64,000 nucleotides of DNA from a virus. The notes below the pieces were generated by a model. The model did no database searches, was not told the DNA's origin, and saw nothing but the letters and a program-made list of their open reading frames with translations. Both the position numbers and the translations under genes were made by a program. The first letter of the stretch is position 1; every line of letters starts with the position of its first letter. Positions 58,801-64,000 of this stretch are shown here, one piece after another. The stretch lies in the IMG/VR virus record IMGVR_UViG_3300028392_000030, positions 133,026-197,025 of that record; one strand, written 5' to 3'.

Positions 58801-59508
58801 ACAGCCGACGGTCAAGCATCGTTTGATCCGTACTTGGGTGTATTCTACCCAAGTTGCCAGACCACTGATTTGTCAGGCAGCCCAGTGGTTCAACCACCAA
58901 GCCACATGATGATTCGTACAATTATTCGTAGCGATGAAATTGCATATCCTTGGTTAGCACCGGCCGGAACACTGCGTGGTGTAATTGACAATGCAGCATT
59001 GTTGGGTTACGTAAATGGCCAAACCGGTGAATTTATAACCATTGGCGTGAGCCAAACATTACGTGATGTATTGTATCAATTAGACATCAATCCAATTACA
59101 TTTATTCCAGGTATTGGTATCACTAACTTTGGTAACAAGACAGCTACCAATGTTGCCAGTGCGCTGGATCGTATCAACGTGGCACGTTTGGTTGCATTTA
59201 TACGTGGACGCCTACAAGAAATTGGTAACCAATACTTGTTCGAGCCCAACGATCAAATTACACGCAATCAAATTACAAACTCTTGCACTAGTTTAATGCT
59301 TGATTTGGTGGCAAAACGTGGTATCTATGATTACCTGGTGGTTTGCGATTTAAGCAACAATTCTCCAGCTACAATTGATGCCAACGAATTGTATGTTGAT
59401 ATTGCAATCGAGCCAGTTAAATCGGTTGAATTTATCTACATTCCGTTGCGTATTCAGAACACTGGATCAATTGCTTCCAGCGTTAGCACAGTGGCTACTG
59501 CCGGTTAA
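55837..59508 (+). CDS. Contractile tail sheath protein, gp18-like, with large insertions
   Basis: LTSPGVEVTVVDQS N-terminus; WLAPAG..RG, INPI...PG.G...FG.KT, ALDRINVARL, FEPND..TR, DIAIEPVK.VEFIYIP C-terminus. Confidence 0.92.
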   Translation: MALTSPGVEVTVVDQSQYIPAAVNSVPYILLATAQNKVSGTGVGVAAGTLKANANRVYLITSQRDLSATYGVPFFYKTTAGTPINGYELNEYGLLAAYSALGITNRAYIQRVDVDLSALTASLVRPTGTPPNGTYWLDTTNSLWGISQWNQTTTAFTNQIPTVIVDSTQLVANTTQPLQSIGSIGDYAITAININTPGYYKRGGPTSSQTSSTVLSDAYNTWQPVGSDDWKTAWPTVQGTNSVTTLTANNIVYINATSVAVPASPNNTLEGLSNAINSAGVTGVYSAFVDSKLQIYADSTSLGAHPSVGNATGNGTVATLTFATLSQAPYAVGSSIVVANVVPSGYNGTYTVTACGNSTVSFASTYANAYSSGGTISQPGVVSVLPGASGTALSDVGISAGVYYPPAFLAAPNYSAPRWRTTDTQPEPTGSVWQRTNSVNLGANLSLKKYSTLLGTYVQQACNIYSSLSEATYTLDPSGGGKNIVAGTTVATTNPEYLDPATLGLQIFERYAAGATVVTGSTDTPVVTSGDAFYISATIPGQAAIGTPVLATIGASTVSAFLTAVSAAVGSSTFASYVSASVNSAGAIVFTHSAGGTIVLTDDNGTPLADAGFDTATEFCRAGPDTDLILSYWVTAPTFTYTASTTGPDQDPDNGTYWYYSATTQADIMIQNNGMWMGYQNVGNDVRGYDLGMTNASGPIFSTTAPTTENNSSSSQLHYGDLWINTSDLENYPVINRWSNIDGIDQWVTINNTDQTTQNGIVFADARWSPNGLANPVTDALPSITSLLTSDYLDLDAPDPTLYPQGTLLWNTRRSGFNVKEFQGDYFNTSSFYVPIYDSTTSYMYNDFVNYNGTIYVCLDTPPTANVPPTNATYWSALDAANGGINTWVTASGNRNDGSPYMGRGAQRAIIVAALKSGIDTSVQAREEQRQFNLIACPQYPELMINMVELNNDRKNTAFVIGDTPLRLGPDSTSLAAWHSNNDGAGLTTADGQASFDPYLGVFYPSCQTTDLSGSPVVQPPSHMMIRTIIRSDEIAYPWLAPAGTLRGVIDNAALLGYVNGQTGEFITIGVSQTLRDVLYQLDINPITFIPGIGITNFGNKTATNVASALDRINVARLVAFIRGRLQEIGNQYLFEPNDQITRNQITNSCTSLMLDLVAKRGIYDYLVVCDLSNNSPATIDANELYVDIAIEPVKSVEFIYIPLRIQNTGSIASSVSTVATAG

Positions 59509-59555
59509 CATCATGGCCAATACGACCATAAATAAAGTATATAGGAGATAATACC

Positions 59556-60179
59556 ATGGCTGTTTCATCGTTAAGTAGAATGACTGTGCCTTTGGCCAGT
59601 AATCAAAGTAGTCCAAGTCAAGGCTTGTTAATGCCAAAACTCAAGTATCGCTTTCGCGTTACTTTTCAAAATTTTGGAGTAAGCCAGCCAGTCACTGAAT
59701 TGACCAAACAGGTTATGGATTTTACTAGACCCAGCGTTGAGTTTGCTGAAATTGCACTGCCTATATACAATAGCACGGTCAAATTGGCCGGAAAATACAC
59801 CTGGGCAGATGCTGTCTGCAACATACGTGATGATGCCAGTGGTGCTGTTTCTAGACTAGTCGGTGAACAACTACAGAAGCAATTGGACTTTATGGAAATG
59901 GCGTCAGCCTCTTCGGGTATCGACTACAAGTTTTTGACAGTGTTTGAAGTTTTAGACGGTGGCAACGGAGCCGCGACACCAGTTGCATTAGAAACATGGG
60001 AACTGTATGGTTGCTATCTCAAGTCTGTCAACTACAACGACTTGAACTACGGAACCAGTGAAGCGGCCACTATCACCATGAACATTACCTTTGACAATGC
60101 AAACCAAGTGGCTGGACAAGGTGTTGGTACATTGATTGGACGCACAGTAGGCGACGTGGCATCAGGCGTAGGTATCTAA
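59556..60179 (+). CDS. Tail tube protein, gp19-like
   Basis: PKLKYRFRV, KLAGKYTW, WELYGCY..SVNY..LNY...EA.TI...I.FDNA; follows the sheath gene. Confidence 0.85.
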   Translation: MAVSSLSRMTVPLASNQSSPSQGLLMPKLKYRFRVTFQNFGVSQPVTELTKQVMDFTRPSVEFAEIALPIYNSTVKLAGKYTWADAVCNIRDDASGAVSRLVGEQLQKQLDFMEMASASSGIDYKFLTVFEVLDGGNGAATPVALETWELYGCYLKSVNYNDLNYGTSEAATITMNITFDNANQVAGQGVGTLIGRTVGDVASGVGI

Positions 60180-60185
60180 TACATT

Positions 60186-61400
60186 ATGGCCTGGGGTCAG
60201 GATTTCCTTCAGGGATTCGTTGGGTTTAATGGGTTAAAAGATTACGCCCATGCTTCTAAAACGTTCCTGCAAAACGGTTATGAAAATGCTCCTCGCCAGA
60301 AGTTTTTATTTCACGTTTACTTTACTATAAACCGAGCAGTTCCTGCCTTGCAGGCTGCCTTTCCTAATGCTGACACTGCTACAATCGGTCTCATGGTCAA
60401 GACTGCACAGTTGCCCAGTTATCAAATGACGGTTGACACACTCAATCAATACAATCGCAAACGATTAGCACAAACAAAAATTGAATACCAGCCATGTGTG
60501 TTTGAATTCCACGATGACGGTAGCGACTTGATTCGCAACATGTGGTATAATTATTTTCAATACTACTACAAAGACCCTAGCCAAGCATACGACAACGTGA
60601 CCAATCAAAATGGTCAAATGGCTGCTGTGATTGGAACCCCTGCTGGATTTAATTACAATGCTAGAGACATTTATAATCCAAGTCAAGTGGTCAACGACTG
60701 GGGTTATATCGGTGAAAGTTACAGCAGCGGAGTTCCACTCAGTGGTGCCGGCAATACCAAACCTCCTTTCTTTAGAGATATACGTATCTATGGAATGAAC
60801 CAACACAAGTTTGCTGAATACATACTAATCAATCCAATGATCACTGATTGGACCCACGACACCTACGACTACAGTCAAAGTGCTGGTATTATGAGTCACA
60901 AGATGACAGTCAAATACGAAACTGTTAAATACTACACTGGAGCCATTGGCAAAGCCAGACCCGACACCAACGTGGTGGGATTTGCAGATCCTGCTTACTA
61001 TGATACCGTTCCGAGCGCATTGGCCAGACCTGGCAGCACACAAACAGTGCTGGGCCAAGGTGGATTACTTGATGCTGGCATTGGTATTGTTGAAGATCTA
61101 GCCAGCGGTGGACCAATGAATCCCATTGGCGCGGCTCAAAAGGCCTTGACTGCATACAATACATTTAAGAATGTCAATCTTAGAAGTGTAGTCAACGCCG
61201 AAGTTAATCAGGCAATTAATAGCACCATTCGTGGCGCATTGCCAGGAATAATTCGTGGCGCAAGTTCAAGTCCGTTAAACTCGCCATTGGGAATTCCTAC
61301 CCAACCAGTGACCAATGGCAGTGGTGGCATATTCTTTCCTACACCACCGGTGTCGACTAGATCACCTAATTTTAATCCTAGCCTGTCTGGAGGAACGTAA
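60186..61400 (+). CDS. Second tail-tube-fold protein (gp19/gp54-like paralogue)
   Basis: VKTAQLPSY......NQYNRKR..QTKIEY.P...EFHDD, LINPMIT.W.HDT.DY, V.YETV.Y. Confidence 0.65.
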   Translation: MAWGQDFLQGFVGFNGLKDYAHASKTFLQNGYENAPRQKFLFHVYFTINRAVPALQAAFPNADTATIGLMVKTAQLPSYQMTVDTLNQYNRKRLAQTKIEYQPCVFEFHDDGSDLIRNMWYNYFQYYYKDPSQAYDNVTNQNGQMAAVIGTPAGFNYNARDIYNPSQVVNDWGYIGESYSSGVPLSGAGNTKPPFFRDIRIYGMNQHKFAEYILINPMITDWTHDTYDYSQSAGIMSHKMTVKYETVKYYTGAIGKARPDTNVVGFADPAYYDTVPSALARPGSTQTVLGQGGLLDAGIGIVEDLASGGPMNPIGAAQKALTAYNTFKNVNLRSVVNAEVNQAINSTIRGALPGIIRGASSSPLNSPLGIPTQPVTNGSGGIFFPTPPVSTRSPNFNPSLSGGT

Positions 61401-61402
61401 CC

Positions 61403-61768
61403 GTGACCACAGTTAATAGTACGAACTATTCAATTGATCAAACTGTTAGAATTTTTGATCAATTTTACAATTATGATACCAACATACCTGCTGCTGAGTT
61501 TGATGCGGTATTGAGTTACTTCAGAAGTGTATTTCTCACTGATGCGGCCGCACAAAATATGACCAGCAGTTTGTTTAGAGTAGCAGAGTTTAGCAACGTC
61601 AATGTGTTGGATCTATTGCAAACATTTCAGCAAGGCGGATCTTCGGAGCCTGAAGTGACCATCTTGATGGCCTACTACCTCAACACAATTCGTAGTCCTG
61701 CTACCTTGCTGGGTGTGTTGGCACCATCTACGCCTAACTTTTATACGGCAAGAAACATCAGGGCTTGA
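61403..61768 (+). CDS. Hypothetical protein
   Basis: 121 aa, GTG start after GGAGG. Confidence 0.6.
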   Translation: MTTVNSTNYSIDQTVRIFDQFYNYDTNIPAAEFDAVLSYFRSVFLTDAAAQNMTSSLFRVAEFSNVNVLDLLQTFQQGGSSEPEVTILMAYYLNTIRSPATLLGVLAPSTPNFYTARNIRA

Positions 61769-61770
61769 TC

Positions 61771-62205
61771 ATGCCCAACTTTCGTCAAGGTCCATACACA
61801 GTAAAAAATGTTGCCAAATATGTGGGCAAAGGCACGCCCAAATATAGATCTGGTTGGGAACTTACTTTTATGATGTTCCTGGATTCAAACGACAATGTGC
61901 TACAATGGGCCAGCGAAAGTATTCGCATACCATATCGTAATCCGCTTACTGGCAAACAGAGCATTTATATTCCAGATTTCCTAGTGACCTATCGTGGTCG
62001 TAACAACACTACCATTGCTGAACTGATTGAAATCAAACCTAAAAAGCAAAGCCTACTTGAAAGTAAGGCGTCAGACCGTGATCGTGCTATTGTGGCACTG
62101 AACTATGCCAAGTGGGATGCTGCCACCAAATGGGCCCGACGCAACGGGCTTACATTCAGGGTCATCAATGAAGACATGATTTATCATCAAGGTGGTAAGA
62201 AATAA
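61771..62205 (+). CDS. Head completion nuclease, gp4-like (TnsA-like PD-(D/E)xK)
   Basis: YRSGWE..FM.FLD.N..VLQWASE...IPY.NP.TGK...Y.PDF...IEIKP. Confidence 0.85.
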   Translation: MPNFRQGPYTVKNVAKYVGKGTPKYRSGWELTFMMFLDSNDNVLQWASESIRIPYRNPLTGKQSIYIPDFLVTYRGRNNTTIAELIEIKPKKQSLLESKASDRDRAIVALNYAKWDAATKWARRNGLTFRVINEDMIYHQGGKK

Positions 62206-62234
62206 TACCGTAATAGTCTGGCGGTAAATATGGT

Positions 62235-62723
62235 ATGACACGCAAATTAGAAGAGCTTTTTGATTTTCCTCCTTCAGAAACACCTGAAGACGCTCCCACT
62301 ATTGAGCAAAACCGTACCCAGTTGGCCGAAATTGACGCCACTATAGACAAGATAGATGCGGCCCTGCCCACAGTGCGCGACTTGGAAACTGGTGATCAAG
62401 AGCTGGACGACTTGGCTTCAAAAGCACAAGAAACATTTGACAATCTAATGGATCTGGGCTTCAATGTGGACAGCCGCTACTCAGGTGAAATTTTTGCTGT
62501 GGCCAGCAGCATGTTGGGACATGCCCTAACAGCCAAAACAACCAAGCTGAACAAAAAATTAAAAATGGTTGATTTGCAGTTAAAAAAACTCAAAATGGAC
62601 CAGGACCAACGCCGTAATGCGCCTGAAGAAGCAATGGAAACAGCACACGGTCAAGTGCTGAGTCGTAACGATTTGCTGGAACGTTTAATAGCCTCTGGTG
62701 CACAAAACAATAACAAAGCATAA
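62235..62723 (+). CDS. Helical protein, possibly terminase small subunit
   Basis: Coiled-coil, DDLA..A..TF.NLMDLG...E.F.VA..ML. The function call is tentative. Confidence 0.35.
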   Translation: MTRKLEELFDFPPSETPEDAPTIEQNRTQLAEIDATIDKIDAALPTVRDLETGDQELDDLASKAQETFDNLMDLGFNVDSRYSGEIFAVASSMLGHALTAKTTKLNKKLKMVDLQLKKLKMDQDQRRNAPEEAMETAHGQVLSRNDLLERLIASGAQNNNKA

Positions 62724-62744
62724 ATATCATATAGGGATACTAAG

Positions 62745-63353
62745 ATGAAAAATTTTCAACAATACCTCGCAGAAAGCGAAAGAACTTACAATTATCGCAT
62801 TAAAATTGTAGGCGATGTTGCACCTGATTTTATCAAACAGTTAGAAGAACGACTCAAACAGTTTGATGTTGTAAAAGTCAGCAAGCCAAAGACCACACCA
62901 GTGCAACTTGCACCGGCTGATTTTCCCAAGCACAGCAACGATTCAGTGACCAGCATGGATGTGGAATTTCGTTATCCAGCCATAGAGCCACAGATCAAAG
63001 AAATCGCTCAACTGTTGTTCTTAGATCCAAATCGTATCATCATGTTGACCGTACCACACGAAGATGGCATGACCACAGAACGTGAACGTGTTGCCGCTGA
63101 AAATAAAGATTTATTGACAGATACAGATTATCCTGCTGACACCGCAGAACAAAAAGCCCTGAAGAAAGATTACTCGGCTCCTTACAATCAACATGCTGTA
63201 TTGAAGAACGCATATCGTAGTGACTTTACTGTGGCCGGTGGTAAGACACCTCCTGCTCGAACAACAAACGATTTACCAATGGACAACACAAGTCCAATGA
63301 CTCGAATAAAACGCCCACCACGCCCAGCCACTGGCGCCAACCCAAGAGGATAA
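62745..63353 (+). CDS. Putative internal head protein
   Basis: MKNFQQYLAE N-terminus resembles T4-type capsid-targeting peptides; TAAATA promoter. Confidence 0.5.
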   Translation: MKNFQQYLAESERTYNYRIKIVGDVAPDFIKQLEERLKQFDVVKVSKPKTTPVQLAPADFPKHSNDSVTSMDVEFRYPAIEPQIKEIAQLLFLDPNRIIMLTVPHEDGMTTERERVAAENKDLLTDTDYPADTAEQKALKKDYSAPYNQHAVLKNAYRSDFTVAGGKTPPARTTNDLPMDNTSPMTRIKRPPRPATGANPRG

Positions 63354-63357
63354 CACA

Positions 63358-64000
63358 ATGACATTTTTTTACGACCTAAACAAACGATTGGCCGACTTGG
63401 CTAGCAAGCAAGATGCTCAACACCTTGCAGAACACGCAACACCTGCTGTTCAGCAACCTAAGAAAGGTTCATTGGCACAGGCACTGAACGAACGTGACAT
63501 GGGCAAGCACAACAACAAGACCACTGGGTTTGATGCATTGGCCAAGAAGGCTGGTAAAGAATATGGTAGCAAGGCCGCTGGCGAACGTGTAGCAGGTGCC
63601 CAGTTCCAGAAAATGAAAAAAGCCGGCAAGTTGGAAGAACAAGGCATGGACGAAGCCGTGCGTGGTCTCTTCTATGGTGATCAAGGATGGCAAGCACCAA
63701 CAAATCAAGCCCAACGAGACGCTACAGCCAAAAATGTTAAACAGACTCGCGCAAGCAACAGAGCAGACACAACAGTGACTGGCTACGGTAACAGAGTGCA
63801 ACCTCAACAAGGAACAAAATCCGCAAGTGGGTTGGCGCGAAGAACCCAGCCTTCCTATGGAGGTCAAGAAACTCCAGTTGATAGTGAAAAAACACACCCA
63901 TACTATTCAAACCCAAAACACCTTGATAATTACGGTAATTTACAAATCAAACCAGGTCAAGGCAAAGGCGTTGCTGGCGGTCCAAACATGGCCGAAGCCG
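63358..64000 (+). CDS. Putative internal head protein; runs off the right edge
   Basis: My translation gives MTFFYDLNKRLADLA..., open to 64000, with repeated LAE/LNE/LEE/MDE/MAE motifs; GAGGA SD. Confidence 0.6.
   Translation, partial: MTFFYDLNKRLADLASKQDAQHLAEHATPAVQQPKKGSLAQALNERDMGKHNNKTTGFDALAKKAGKEYGSKAAGERVAGAQFQKMKKAGKLEEQGMDEAVRGLFYGDQGWQAPTNQAQRDATAKNVKQTRASNRADTTVTGYGNRVQPQQGTKSASGLARRTQPSYGGQETPVDSEKTHPYYSNPKHLDNYGNLQIKPGQGKGVAGGPNMAEA

Noticed and set aside
1-64000. Stop-codon reassignment
   Set aside because: Core genes are full length under code 11 and end in TAA, TAG or TGA.

Overview
This 64 kb window is part of a large T4-like (myovirus-type) dsDNA bacteriophage genome, probably a jumbo phage. 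It is almost entirely virion morphogenesis plus a recombination and late-transcription block. Left to right: baseplate genes on the minus strand (gp5-like, hub, gp53-like, gp48/54-like); a gp55-like late sigma factor, gp47 and gp46, interleaved with two radical SAM genes; a GIY-YIG nuclease followed by a ~400-nt GC-richer, hairpin-dense non-coding region; a three-gene DUF1415-like / arginyl-transferase-like / DUF6614-like cassette; a tail chaperone pair joined by a likely -1 frameshift; a tape-measure/lysozyme fusion; portal, prohead core, protease, scaffold and major capsid; glycosyltransferase-like genes; ~17 kb of repetitive, modular fibre and decoration genes; neck, tail terminator, sheath and tube genes; a gp4-like nuclease; and internal head proteins. 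Late promoters read TAAATA and early promoters are sigma70-like. Many of both types sit only 4-7 nt upstream of ATG, implying leaderless mRNAs. I saw no tRNA, rRNA or CRISPR array, and no stop-codon recoding. All family assignments come from motif recognition by eye; no database search was run.
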